Below, piece after piece: positions 18,087 to 27,805 of a stretch of 64,000 bases of DNA. How positions within the stretch are numbered: the first letter of the stretch is position 1; the number at the start of each line of letters is the position of its first letter. The stretch lies in NCBI GenBank assembly GCA_964415055.1, contig CAYPZD010000005.1, positions 903 to 64,902 of the forward strand. The letters are read 5' to 3'. The notes under the pieces are model-generated. The model was not told the origin of the DNA. It was given only the letters and a program-made list of their open reading frames with translations, and made no database searches. Origin of the DNA: an uncultured Verrucomicrobiota bacterium (GTDB taxonomy: Bacteria; Verrucomicrobiota; Verrucomicrobiia; Limisphaerales; AAA164-E04). The position numbers and the translations under genes are program-made.

Positions 18087-19448
18087 ATGAGCATACGCGT
18101 TCGATTTGCCCCGAGCCCGACCGGATACCTCCATATCGGAGGCGCCCGCACGGCATTGTTTAACTGGTTATACGCCCGACACACCGGCGGAACCTTTGTG
18201 TTGCGCATCGAAGACACCGACGATGCACGCAATACGCAGGAGGCAGTGGACGTCATTCTTTCCAGCATGCGGTGGTTGGGACTGGATTGGGATGAAGGTC
18301 CCACAACAGGTGATGCATCCGCCGCGCCAAAGGGAGACCGCGGCCCGTATTTCCAATCACAACGAAGAGATATATACCAATCCTACATCGACAAGCTATT
18401 GGCAGCCGACAAAGCATATGAACAGGATGGCGCCATCAAATTCCGCATGACACGCGATCCGGTTATCATTCCGGATCTGGTCTGCGGAGATGTCAACCGC
18501 AAGCTCACCGACCGGGAAGAAGCCGATCCGGATTTCGTCATTGTGCGATCCGATGGCAAGCCTGTTTTCCATCTCGTCAACGTCATTGATGATCTGGAAA
18601 TGGGCATCACACATGTGATCCGGGGAGAAGATCACCTGTCCAACACATCCAAACACATCCAGCTTTTCAAAGCACTGGGAGCCGAATGTCCCAAGTATGC
18701 GCACATCCCTCTGATCCTGAATGGCGACGGTTCCAAGATGAGCAAACGGGATCGTGGCGCATCCATGACCACATACATGGAAGAAGGTTTTGTAGCCGAT
18801 GCAGTGATCAACTACCTGTGCCTGCTGGGGTGGTCGCCCAAGGATGACCGGCAAAAAATGACACTCCAGGAAGTGATAGACCTTTTCGATCTTCCCCAGA
18901 TCCTCCGTCACAATGCCCGGTTCGACATGGAGAAACTGGTATCACTGAACGGACAGTACCTGCCGGAACTGAATGAAGAGACATACCGATCCCTGGCAGT
19001 GAACGCCCTGAAACAGAGTGGCATTGAGGTGGGAGATTTTTCATCCGATTATGTGAACGCAGCCATCGGCACGACGGTTGGAAAACTCAAACAAGTATCG
19101 GAGATCAAGGAATACGCCGGATTTTATTTCCAGAACCCGGAAGACGTTGAATGGGATGCCGAAATCAGTGCCAAGCAATTGGTCCCGGAAAATCATGGTC
19201 CGATTTCAAGCCTGAAAGACGCCTTTGCAGCACTGGAAACATTCACCGCCGAGCATATCCAGGCTACCTTCAAATCCACCGCCAAGGAACTCGGGGTAAA
19301 AGTCGGCGCGTTAATACCCCCGGTTCGCCTGGCATGCACCGGCAAAACAAACGGCCCCAGTCTCTATCACCTGATGGAAATCCTGGGCAAGGACCGTGTC
19401 ATCGGAGAAATCAACAAAGCGCTCGACCGCATGCAGTCAAATCCGTAA
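18087..19448 (+). CDS. gltX: glutamate--tRNA ligase
   Basis: RFAPSPTGYLHIGGARTA (HIGH) and SKMSKR (KMSKS). ATG 18087 preferred over TTG 18060. Confidence 0.93.
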   Translation: MSIRVRFAPSPTGYLHIGGARTALFNWLYARHTGGTFVLRIEDTDDARNTQEAVDVILSSMRWLGLDWDEGPTTGDASAAPKGDRGPYFQSQRRDIYQSYIDKLLAADKAYEQDGAIKFRMTRDPVIIPDLVCGDVNRKLTDREEADPDFVIVRSDGKPVFHLVNVIDDLEMGITHVIRGEDHLSNTSKHIQLFKALGAECPKYAHIPLILNGDGSKMSKRDRGASMTTYMEEGFVADAVINYLCLLGWSPKDDRQKMTLQEVIDLFDLPQILRHNARFDMEKLVSLNGQYLPELNEETYRSLAVNALKQSGIEVGDFSSDYVNAAIGTTVGKLKQVSEIKEYAGFYFQNPEDVEWDAEISAKQLVPENHGPISSLKDAFAALETFTAEHIQATFKSTAKELGVKVGALIPPVRLACTGKTNGPSLYHLMEILGKDRVIGEINKALDRMQSNP

Positions 19449-19465
19449 ACCTATTACCGAATCAC

Positions 19466-19828
19466 ATGAAACCAATCCGAGTTTACGAATACAAAAACTG
19501 CGGCACCTGCCGAAAAGCATTGAAGTATCTGGATGAACAAGGCGTCTCATATGAACGCATCGCCATTCGCGAACAGCCCCCGAGCATGGCTGAATTGAAG
19601 AGGATGCTCAAAGCCCTGAACGGTGAACTCAAGCGCATGTTCAACACTTCAGGCGGGGATTACAAATCCATGAACATGAAAGATCGACTTCCAACTCTGA
19701 CGAATGAAGAAGCATTGGAGCTTTTGGCGGCAAACGGAAACCTCATCAAACGCCCGTTTGTGATTCAGGGAAATGAAGGAGTCATCGGTTTCAAACAGGA
19801 TGAATGGGAATCCTTTCTCGGAAAGTAA
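19466..19828 (+). CDS. ArsC/Spx/YffB-family thioredoxin-fold protein
   Basis: MKPIRVYEYKNCGTCRKALKYLDEQG...LIKRPFV. The ORF-track start 19151 overlaps gltX and is rejected. Confidence 0.8.
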   Translation: MKPIRVYEYKNCGTCRKALKYLDEQGVSYERIAIREQPPSMAELKRMLKALNGELKRMFNTSGGDYKSMNMKDRLPTLTNEEALELLAANGNLIKRPFVIQGNEGVIGFKQDEWESFLGK

Positions 19829-19849
19829 GACGAACAGAAGCAAACAAAC

Positions 19850-21124
19850 ATGAAGTCATTCTCCAACACCACAAAAACTCTGACCTTCGCATTGGCACTG
19901 GGTGCCGCTTCACTTACCTGGAACACCCAGGCAGAAGACTACCTCTGGCCTGAATTTCGCGGACCGGGCAAACAAGGTCATTCCTCCGCCAACAATGTGC
20001 CCACCCAATGGAGCAACACCAAGAACCTTGATTGGAAGATCGAAACAGGCCTCGCGGGCTGGGCATCCCCCGTTGTTTCCCATGAGAGCATCATCCTGGC
20101 GGGCTCCAAGGAAGAAGGCGACCAACTGACCCTTCACGTTGCCTCATTCAAACTCAGCGATGGATCATTGAATTGGGAAAAGCAGGTCTTTGCACCCTCG
20201 GCAGATATCGTCAAACAACGCCACTCCAAAAACAGCCACGCAAGCTGCACTCCAATACTCGCTGACGGCAAGATCTATGCACACTTCGGTCATTTAGGAA
20301 CCTGCGCACTGGACCTGGAAACCGGAACCATCCTCTGGCAAAAAGTGATCGACTACAAACCGGTCCACGGAAACGGTGGTTCCCCCGCCCTGGTCGAGGG
20401 GCTCCTTGTGTTCAGCGTGGACGGAAACAGTGACCCGGCAGTCTACGCTCTCAATGCCGACACCGGGGACATTGCCTGGAAGACCACCAGACACTCCAGT
20501 GCCTCCAAAAAGTTTTCCTTTTCCACCCCTTTGGTTGTGGAGGTCAACCATCAAAAACAAATCATTAGCCCGGGCAGCGGCATGGTGGGAGCTTATGCAG
20601 TCAAGGACGGAAACCTGATCTGGCAAGTCCGGTACGGAGAAGGATACTCCGTCATCCCCCGCCCCATCTTGCACAACAACAAACTCTTCATCGGCACCGG
20701 ATATAATAAGCCCAATCTGCTAGCCATCCGGCTCACCGAAGAAACCGGCGATTTGACTGATACACATATCTCCTGGGAAACCAATAAATCTGCGCCACAT
20801 ACCCCATCCATGATCGCTGTGAACGGCGGACTCTACTTTATCTCAGACAATGGCATTTTGACTTGTGCAAATCCTGATACCGGAGAGGTATATTGGAGTG
20901 AGCGGGTACGCGGCAACTACAGCTCCTCACCAGTTGCAGTTGGAAACAACATCTACTGGATCAGTGAATCCGGAAAAGTCACCATCATAGAAGCCAATAC
21001 CAAAACCTTTACTGTGATTGCCGAAAACGACCTCGAAGAGCGCACCCTTGCGTCACCTGCCGTATTGGATAACACTCTCCTCATTAGGACCCAGGAATAC
21101 CTTTGGAAAATCACGAAGCAGTGA
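19850..21124 (+). CDS. secreted PQQ-like (BamB-type) beta-propeller repeat protein
   Basis: Signal peptide. Recurrent blade motif (ALDLETGTILWQ, ALNADTGDIAWK, AYAVKDGNLIWQ, CANPDTGEVYWS). Confidence 0.75.
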   Translation: MKSFSNTTKTLTFALALGAASLTWNTQAEDYLWPEFRGPGKQGHSSANNVPTQWSNTKNLDWKIETGLAGWASPVVSHESIILAGSKEEGDQLTLHVASFKLSDGSLNWEKQVFAPSADIVKQRHSKNSHASCTPILADGKIYAHFGHLGTCALDLETGTILWQKVIDYKPVHGNGGSPALVEGLLVFSVDGNSDPAVYALNADTGDIAWKTTRHSSASKKFSFSTPLVVEVNHQKQIISPGSGMVGAYAVKDGNLIWQVRYGEGYSVIPRPILHNNKLFIGTGYNKPNLLAIRLTEETGDLTDTHISWETNKSAPHTPSMIAVNGGLYFISDNGILTCANPDTGEVYWSERVRGNYSSSPVAVGNNIYWISESGKVTIIEANTKTFTVIAENDLEERTLASPAVLDNTLLIRTQEYLWKITKQ

Positions 21125-21141
21125 AGGCTGCTCAAAAAGCA

Positions 21142-21483
21142 TTAAAATTCGAGAAGGACTTTTAACTTGTCGCGTACTTCATGAGGTGTCGACGAATGAA
21201 TCCTACCGACAAATTCAATTCTTCGCACATTCCAATCCAGATTTTTGATCTGATCAGATAAAACAACTCCTGCAATATCTCGGTGGGACACTCTCACTTC
21301 GAATGGATAACCTTTTTCCTTACTCGTAATCGGACAAATAAGCGCCAATCCAACCTTCTCATTGTAAGCTTTTGGCGACATTACCAGCACCGGCCTACGG
21401 CCCGCCTGTTTTTGCCCGGCTTGAGTTTGCATATCCAACCAAGCGAGATCACCGCGTTCTGGCACATACCGCTTTTTCACCAT
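21142..21483 (-). CDS. mazF: MazF/PemK-family mRNA interferase toxin
   Basis: YVPERGDLAWLD...GRRPVLVMSP...LICPITS...KNLDW pattern; 7-nt overlap with the upstream antitoxin. Confidence 0.88.
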   Translation of the reverse strand: MVKKRYVPERGDLAWLDMQTQAGQKQAGRRPVLVMSPKAYNEKVGLALICPITSKEKGYPFEVRVSHRDIAGVVLSDQIKNLDWNVRRIEFVGRIHSSTPHEVRDKLKVLLEF

Positions 21484-21713
21484 ACTTCTTTCCCCCGTGC
21501 AGATCCGGTATCGATTTCTTGATGGAGATTCTCTGGAGTTACTCCCTCAAGCATATCAGTCAAATTGAAACTCTTTTTTGGTTGAATTACCAATCTGTTT
21601 TGTTCGGCAGACATTTCAATCTCACTTCCCTCTGAGAAGGCTACTTGGGTGGCGAGGACATTTGGAATTCTTACTGCCAAGCTGTTGCCCCATTTACAGA
21701 TTTTGGTTTTCAT
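21477..21713 (-). CDS. mazE: MazE/AbrB (SpoVT)-fold antitoxin
   Basis: KWGNSLAVRIPNVLA swapped-hairpin motif; 78 aa. Confidence 0.85.
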   Translation of the reverse strand: MKTKICKWGNSLAVRIPNVLATQVAFSEGSEIEMSAEQNRLVIQPKKSFNLTDMLEGVTPENLHQEIDTGSARGKEVW

Positions 21714-21762
21714 ACACCCACAGTAGACACAATGTAGATCCAGTCGAATACAAAGATTTCCC

Positions 21763-22137
21763 TCACTGGTTGGCTGACTTGATTCTCCTCGAAAAGATCC
21801 AAACCAGAAATAAAGCTATCGAAGTCATAAAAAAAGGTATGAAAACTGAAAGCTTACGCTGAATAAGGTAGGATTTCCCCAACTCGCGCTGAATATGCTC
21901 ATCCATACTGGTATCGCCTGCCATGAAGATGCCAAACAACAATGCGATCCCTACCCCCACCCAACCAGCTCGCAGCTTTGTTAAAGCCGAGCCAACAGTG
22001 ATCACTGTCAAACAACACCCGATCTGGAATGGAATGATCCACAGGTCTTCCCTGGCAGTCAATTTGTCTGCTATTTCTGCAAAAATCACCCTACATGGAC
22101 CAAAATCCATCCTGTTCATCCTGTCAAAATAATTCAA
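21763..22137 (-). CDS. hypothetical small membrane protein (about 3 TM)
   Basis: 124-aa ORF with three hydrophobic segments, between the two TA pairs. No family recognised. Confidence 0.45.
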   Translation of the reverse strand: MNYFDRMNRMDFGPCRVIFAEIADKLTAREDLWIIPFQIGCCLTVITVGSALTKLRAGWVGVGIALLFGIFMAGDTSMDEHIQRELGKSYLIQRKLSVFIPFFMTSIALFLVWIFSRRIKSANQ

Positions 22138-22374
22138 CCATTTGGCTTCGCGATGAACCCGGTCTTCACTCCAGCCTCAAATCCCGACTGTTGGTAAAAC
22201 CGAAGTGTTGTTTCGTCTCTAGTCCCGATTCAACTGGACGGCGTGAGAAAAAGAATCATCAGCAGGCCCTTACACGCGAACATTTTTCGCAATCAGTATA
22301 TGGCACATGATGGTGCGCGTTCAACTTGACTTTACCTTCAAGCAGCATTATCGTCTTACTTAAATCTTACCAAT

Positions 22375-22629
22375 ATGGAAACAACAAAACTTTCAAGCAA
22401 AGGACAAGTGATCATTCCAAAACGACTACGAACCAATCATCGTTGGAAATCAGGCTTGGAATTGAGTGTGATTGATACCGGAGATGGCATTCTGTTGAAA
22501 CCAAAAGTACCCTTTGCCGAAACGACGTTATCGGAAGTGATGGCATGCTTGAAATATGACGGACCAGCCAAAACCCTGAAAGAAATGGAACAAGCTATCA
22601 GGAAAGGTGTGGCATCTGCGAACAAATGA
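22375..22629 (+). CDS. vapB: AbrB/SpoVT-fold antitoxin (VapB-like)
   Basis: KLSSKGQVIIPKRLR motif; 4-nt overlap (ATGA) with the downstream PIN gene. Confidence 0.85.
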   Translation: METTKLSSKGQVIIPKRLRTNHRWKSGLELSVIDTGDGILLKPKVPFAETTLSEVMACLKYDGPAKTLKEMEQAIRKGVASANK

Positions 22630-23015
22630 AATCTGTTGATACAAACATATTGGTTCGTTTGTTGACTGGAGACGATCCCGCCCAATATCGAAAGGCCCGA
22701 AAACTTTTTGAATCGAGTAACATTTTCATTTCAGACACAGTGGTTTTGGAAACAGAATGGGTGTTGAGATACGCATATTCAATTCATTCAAAACAAATAT
22801 GCACCGCTTTTCGAAAGTTGTTTGGCCTATCAAATGTCCGGCTCACCAACGCTATGACCGTTTCACAAGCCATCACCTGGCATGAGAGTGGATTGGATTT
22901 TGCAGATGCCATGCACCTCGCAGCTTCACTAGATCACGACCAAATCTGCACGTTTGATATCATGTTCGCAAAAAAGGCAAGGAGCCTCTGTGACTGTAAA
23001 GTAACCTTGATCTGA
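22626..23015 (+). CDS. vapC: PIN-domain toxin (VapC)
   Basis: SVDTNILVRLL, FISDTVVLETEWVLR and DFADAMH acidic residues typical of PIN. Confidence 0.85.
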   Translation: MKSVDTNILVRLLTGDDPAQYRKARKLFESSNIFISDTVVLETEWVLRYAYSIHSKQICTAFRKLFGLSNVRLTNAMTVSQAITWHESGLDFADAMHLAASLDHDQICTFDIMFAKKARSLCDCKVTLI

Positions 23016-23105
23016 GCTGTGTCATCTGGGCGGCAAAGAAAGCATCCGGTAAATCACCTGGATCTTGATTTTCGGAGCTGCTCATCCCGTCAAAACAACA
23101 CCACC

Positions 23106-24557
23106 TCATTTCACCCACTGAGCTATGTCGGATCTTCTTGGCTCCGGATCATAAAATCGCGCATTCCCGCCGACCCGATCATAATCGCCAATATCTTGCC
23201 GCGCCTTATCGGCGATCCTGGTCAGTTCCTCGACTTTTTCAGGATACTGATCTGCCAGGTTCACTTGCTCACCGATGTCCTTTTTCAGATCAAAAAGCAT
23301 TGGGCTCGAAACCTCGATGAGTTCGGATTCCTTTTGGAACACATCCCACCTCTTCATTGTGTGCACCTTTTGAGGCAAATGGAGTTTCCAGTTTCCAAAG
23401 CGCACTGCCATCAATTGGGTGTGAACATAATAATAGAATCGATCCGTTGGTGAGTTTGTTGTCGGCTCTCCGTGCATCAAATCAACAATATCATGACCAT
23501 CAATGACTCGATCGCGTGGAACCACTCCACCTGCCAGGGCGGCAAAGGTCGGGAGCATATCCATCGTCGTTGCCATTTCCGAACAAACCGTTCCGGCAGG
23601 AATACGACCGGGTGCCCACATGACGCATGGCACTCGAACTCCTCCTTCCCAAGCGGAAGTCTTGTGTCCGCGCAGAGGAGCGGCATCGCCTCCATGCGAA
23701 CCTCCTGAATCTTTTTGAAGGCTCAGTTTTGGATGACGATCCAAATACCAAGGACCATTGTCACTGGTAAAAACAATGTAAGTATTTTCAACAATCCCCA
23801 ATTCCTTGATGACTTCGATGATGCGTCCGGTCTGGAAATCGATTTCCTCCACCACATCCCCGTAAAGCCCACGAGGAGATTGACCATTGAATGCATCGGA
23901 TGCTGCCAATCGTATATGCGGCATGGTGTGGGGAACATAAACAAAAAAAGGTTCGGCATGATGCTTTCGAATAAAATTCAACGCTTCATCCGTGTAGCGC
24001 TGCGTCAGATTTGCCATGTCCGCTTTTTCTTCGATTACTTCCTCATTTCGCACCAGATTGACAATGGAATCATTGCTGGTTGGTGTTCCGAAGAAATAAT
24101 CAAATCCCTGCCGAGTCGGAAGGAGGTCCTGTTCGTATCCCCTTTGTCGATGCCCGGCAAGATCCCATTTCCCAAAGCAAGCGGTGGCATAACCCTGTTG
24201 TTTGAGTATTTCGGCAATGGTGATTTCCTGCTCATGCAACATCGGATGAATTTCAGTTTGATTATTCCTCTTCTTGGCAACCCTCAGAGGATAACACCCG
24301 GTCATCAGCGCGGCTCGAGAAGGACCGCAAACCGTCTGGGCATAAAAGTTGGTAAATCGCATCCCTTCAGCCGCCATGCGGTCGATGTTGGGCGTTTGTA
24401 TCTTTCCAGATCCAAAGCAACCGAGATCACCGTAGCCTAGGTCATCAATGAACAAAATGATGAAATTAGGTTTCTTGGATGTGTCTGACCCTGCGACAAG
24501 ATTCGCCGCTACGGTCACACCCAACAATCCGAACATTGCTATGACAAAATTTTTCAT
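23106..24557 (-). CDS. secreted arylsulfatase-A-family sulfatase
   Basis: Signal peptide, FIDDLGYGDLGCFG, and FGly target motif CGPSRAALMTG (C-x-P-x-R). Confidence 0.92.
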   Translation of the reverse strand: MKNFVIAMFGLLGVTVAANLVAGSDTSKKPNFIILFIDDLGYGDLGCFGSGKIQTPNIDRMAAEGMRFTNFYAQTVCGPSRAALMTGCYPLRVAKKRNNQTEIHPMLHEQEITIAEILKQQGYATACFGKWDLAGHRQRGYEQDLLPTRQGFDYFFGTPTSNDSIVNLVRNEEVIEEKADMANLTQRYTDEALNFIRKHHAEPFFVYVPHTMPHIRLAASDAFNGQSPRGLYGDVVEEIDFQTGRIIEVIKELGIVENTYIVFTSDNGPWYLDRHPKLSLQKDSGGSHGGDAAPLRGHKTSAWEGGVRVPCVMWAPGRIPAGTVCSEMATTMDMLPTFAALAGGVVPRDRVIDGHDIVDLMHGEPTTNSPTDRFYYYVHTQLMAVRFGNWKLHLPQKVHTMKRWDVFQKESELIEVSSPMLFDLKKDIGEQVNLADQYPEKVEELTRIADKARQDIGDYDRVGGNARFYDPEPRRSDIAQWVK

Positions 24558-24752
24558 GGTTGCTCACATCGAATCATCTACACGCAAGACATTACACAGC
24601 CGCATTCTGAGTTCTTTGAAAAAGCCGGAATGCAGCACTTTAGTCATGCCTCACTGATTTCCTTCCTGCGATGAATACCGACGGAATTTCCGTCCGGGTC
24701 ACGCACAAATGCCATATGACAAACAGATGTTTCCATAGGACCATATTGAATA

Positions 24753-25742
24753 TCAGGGCCGCACGACATAAAGCAAGGTCCCAGCTTCAGTCGAATGGTT
24801 TCCTTCAGATGGAAGAAACAATGTCACCACTAACTGTCTCTGATGCATGGCATCCATTACCCATGTAGCATTCGGATTGGCAAATGACGTGGATTGCCGG
24901 TCAGTCTGAAATTGTAAAGTGCGGATAGGCATCCCATGTGCATCACACAAGTTGATTCTCCAGGAACTCCAATCACCGCGCTTGCCTTGCGTTTCTTGAA
25001 GATAAAATGCCTGATCGTTCCAATTGAACCGATCGCGATCTCCCAAGTTCCCTTGCCAGCCATTCGCTATGAGCGCCTGATTGATCTTGTCTGATGACTC
25101 GGATTTCCATGATTTAAAACCCTTCAACGTTCCGAACGCAAGCTGATCCACCCGCACATTCTTGAAGTAATGAAACCTTAACCGAATCTCAGAATCATCC
25201 ACACCACCCTGCCCCATGGTCACCGATTCGAAACTGGGTGTCCCCTCCGCTGTGGGCGCAAGCGATCGTTGGATATCATATTCTCTGGAGAATTTGCCCT
25301 CCTCAAAGTACGTGATGTCTCCATAGGAACGCAAACGAATCCAACAGGAATTTGGAGCATCCTTCTCATAAGCAACCAATAATCTCCCATCATCGCCCAC
25401 ATAAATGGTGGGCTGTGAGGCATGCTCATCCAACACAATCAGATCATGCCAAATTTGAAGGTCATTGGATTTTGCCAGGCGAACATGAAACACACCCTTT
25501 TCGAGCCTATGATACAAGCCATAATAAATACCATCGTGGGCCGAACCCATCATTTGAAACACCTTAAGACAATCCATGCCTCTCCCCTGCGATGTTTTCA
25601 ACTGATAGATTTTGGTTTCGGCCTCTGATACGGATTCCAGTTGCTCAACCAAATGATCAGTCCCGGCAGCATTTAATTCCAAGACCAGCCCGAACAAAAA
25701 AACACACGAATAACGAACAATATGATGTTTCATTTTTCTCAA
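24753..25742 (-). CDS. hypothetical secreted protein
   Basis: 329-aa ORF with a signal-like N-terminus. Composition suggests a beta-rich fold; no family motif recognised. Confidence 0.55.
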   Translation of the reverse strand: MRKMKHHIVRYSCVFLFGLVLELNAAGTDHLVEQLESVSEAETKIYQLKTSQGRGMDCLKVFQMMGSAHDGIYYGLYHRLEKGVFHVRLAKSNDLQIWHDLIVLDEHASQPTIYVGDDGRLLVAYEKDAPNSCWIRLRSYGDITYFEEGKFSREYDIQRSLAPTAEGTPSFESVTMGQGGVDDSEIRLRFHYFKNVRVDQLAFGTLKGFKSWKSESSDKINQALIANGWQGNLGDRDRFNWNDQAFYLQETQGKRGDWSSWRINLCDAHGMPIRTLQFQTDRQSTSFANPNATWVMDAMHQRQLVVTLFLPSEGNHSTEAGTLLYVVRP

Positions 25743-25767
25743 CTTCCTCTCAACGCAACGCGTTGCG

Positions 25768-26073
25768 TCACTTTTTGCTCCGGGCGAATTTCAAGGCCTC
25801 ACGTGCCAATTTTTCAAAATCTCCGGACCGGCCCGCAGGAATCAACACCCACTCTTTGAACTGTTTCCTGGTAAAGTTGAACGGATTTCCCTCCCCCAAT
25901 TCGATCAGCTCGGTCACGCGCTCGGCAGGAAGCTTAACGATGAGGGAATTCGCCTTATCAAACCACATGGTAAAAAAATCACCTTTGTAGCGCAGGCAAT
26001 GCGTTCCCATCATGGTGGATTCCTCCACGCCTTGAAACCGAACCATCTTTTTAGTTAATGCTTGATAGGTCAT
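25768..26073 (-). CDS. small protein, possibly TfoX-N-like fold
   Basis: 101 aa. The pattern FFTMWFDKANSLIVKLPAERVTELIE...PFNF...KEWVLIP resembles TfoX N-terminal domain proteins. Weak. Confidence 0.45.
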   Translation of the reverse strand: MTYQALTKKMVRFQGVEESTMMGTHCLRYKGDFFTMWFDKANSLIVKLPAERVTELIELGEGNPFNFTRKQFKEWVLIPAGRSGDFEKLAREALKFARSKK

Positions 26074-26495
26074 TTAGTTCACTCAACCTTGATATTGAAA
26101 GAACCTCAAGGACTCGCACCAACGAAGGATATTGGGAACCGAATCCGGCAACTGCATCTTCCACGGTTTATCAAACCGTTGCTCTTCTATCTGAAGGACT
26201 GGATTTTGTCCAACTCTGACGCGTTCAATATGACATGGTGTGGTGAGATGCTTGTTACACGTTCGCGGACTCGCGGCAGCGAGTCCCTACCGTGAGGGAA
26301 AACCAGAAGTCCCAGCGAATCAGCTCGCGCGAACACTTTTGGCAAGCGGTATGGATCGATAACTGTATGGGAAACATTCATTCCATCGATGAAACTGCAT
26401 CCGTATTGCCTGCTCTTTATGCTTGGATATTCGGTTGCGGTTCGATTCAATCATGGCATCCCGAATCGGACATCCAGAACGAAAAGGAATTTCGT

Positions 26496-27794
26496 ATGAA
26501 AAAGAATACTACCTTTGAAAACCTTTCGCCCGTGCGTCGACGCGCATTCATCGGACAACTGTTTGCTGCGGCAGGATTCGCCGGCGCAGGCATTCAGCAG
26601 ACCATCGGAGCGGAAAAAACCGGAGATCAACCCTACCCGGGTTTTGTTTCGCCTCACGCCCGGGAATGGAGCACCTTCAAACCGGAAATTCGCATCACCC
26701 GACTCGAAACTTTTCTCATTCAACCCCGCTGGTTGTTCCTGAAGATCCACACCGATGCCGGCATCATTGGTCTGGGTGAACCGATCACCGAAGGCCGCGC
26801 CAAAACATGCGCCGCAGCGGTATCCGAAATGGAACCTTACCTCATCGGCAAAGACCCGCGTCATGTGGTGCATCATTGGCAGGCTCTCTACCGTCACACT
26901 TTCTATCGGGGCGGCCCGGTCCTGACCAGTGCCCTCAGCGGTATCGAACAGGCATTGTGGGATATCAAGGGCAAGGCGCTCGGCGTCCCCGTGTATGAAT
27001 TGCTGGGAGGCCCCACCCGGGATCGAGTCAGGGTTTACGCACACGTCGGCAACGATCCCGAACGCATCAAGGCCCGAAAGGCGGAAGGATTCACCGCTTT
27101 CAAAACCGGGGTATACTCTCGCAACGAACTGGGAGTGGTCGCTTCACAAGCAGACATCGAAATGGCGGGAGAAACTTTTGCCAGGATTCGCGAGGCGGGC
27201 GGCAAGGATGTGGACATCGGGATCGATTTTCACGGCGCCATTTCGCCACAGAACGCCAAGCTTCTCATCAAGGTATTGGAACCATACCAACCTCTGTTCA
27301 TCGAGGAACCTGTCCAGTGCCAAAACGTGGATATCATGGCGGACATCGCACGCGGCACGCACTTGCCTATCGCCACCGGCGAACGCATCTTCACCAAATG
27401 GGGATTCCGCGAAATTCTGGAGAAAGGCGCCGCCAGCATCCTGCAACCCGATCTCTGTCACGCGGGCGGCATCCTCGAAACACGCTTGATCGCCGGGATG
27501 GCCGAGGCCTATTACGCATCCATAGCACCGCACAATCCGCTCGGTCCGATTTCGCTGGCCGCCGGATTGCAGGTAGCGGCGTCAGTGCCCAACTTCCTCT
27601 GCCAGGAACAAGTCAGCCTGGGTGAAGGCTATTTGAAACAACCTTTCAAAGTGGAAAAAGGCTATGTCAAAGTCCCCACCGCACCAGGCCTTGGTATTGA
27701 GCTGGATGAAGACGCCATTCAGGACAAACTCGGTCATGACTGGCGCAATCCTGAAACCTACGACGAACGCGACGGATCGGTCGTGGACTGGTAA
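26496..27794 (+). CDS. enolase-superfamily dehydratase (D-galactonate dehydratase / mandelate racemase family) with Tat signal
   Basis: Twin-arginine leader SPVRRRAFIGQLFAAAGFAGAG. DIGIDFHG, LFIEEP and PIATGERIF metal-ligand blocks. Start set at ATG 26496 inside ORF 26292. Confidence 0.85.
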   Translation: MKKNTTFENLSPVRRRAFIGQLFAAAGFAGAGIQQTIGAEKTGDQPYPGFVSPHAREWSTFKPEIRITRLETFLIQPRWLFLKIHTDAGIIGLGEPITEGRAKTCAAAVSEMEPYLIGKDPRHVVHHWQALYRHTFYRGGPVLTSALSGIEQALWDIKGKALGVPVYELLGGPTRDRVRVYAHVGNDPERIKARKAEGFTAFKTGVYSRNELGVVASQADIEMAGETFARIREAGGKDVDIGIDFHGAISPQNAKLLIKVLEPYQPLFIEEPVQCQNVDIMADIARGTHLPIATGERIFTKWGFREILEKGAASILQPDLCHAGGILETRLIAGMAEAYYASIAPHNPLGPISLAAGLQVAASVPNFLCQEQVSLGEGYLKQPFKVEKGYVKVPTAPGLGIELDEDAIQDKLGHDWRNPETYDERDGSVVDW

Positions 27795-27805
27795 CACCTT
27801 TAGCA

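Noticed and set aside
19151-19465. N-terminal 105 codons of ORF 19151-19828.
   Set aside because: This part overlaps the gltX coding region in another frame and is Arg/Pro/Gly-rich junk. The ArsC-family domain begins at the ATG at 19466.
26292-26495. Upstream extension of the dehydratase ORF (68 extra codons from a non-ATG start).
   Set aside because: A Tat signal must be N-terminal. The ATG at 26496 places the RR motif at residues 13-15 as expected.
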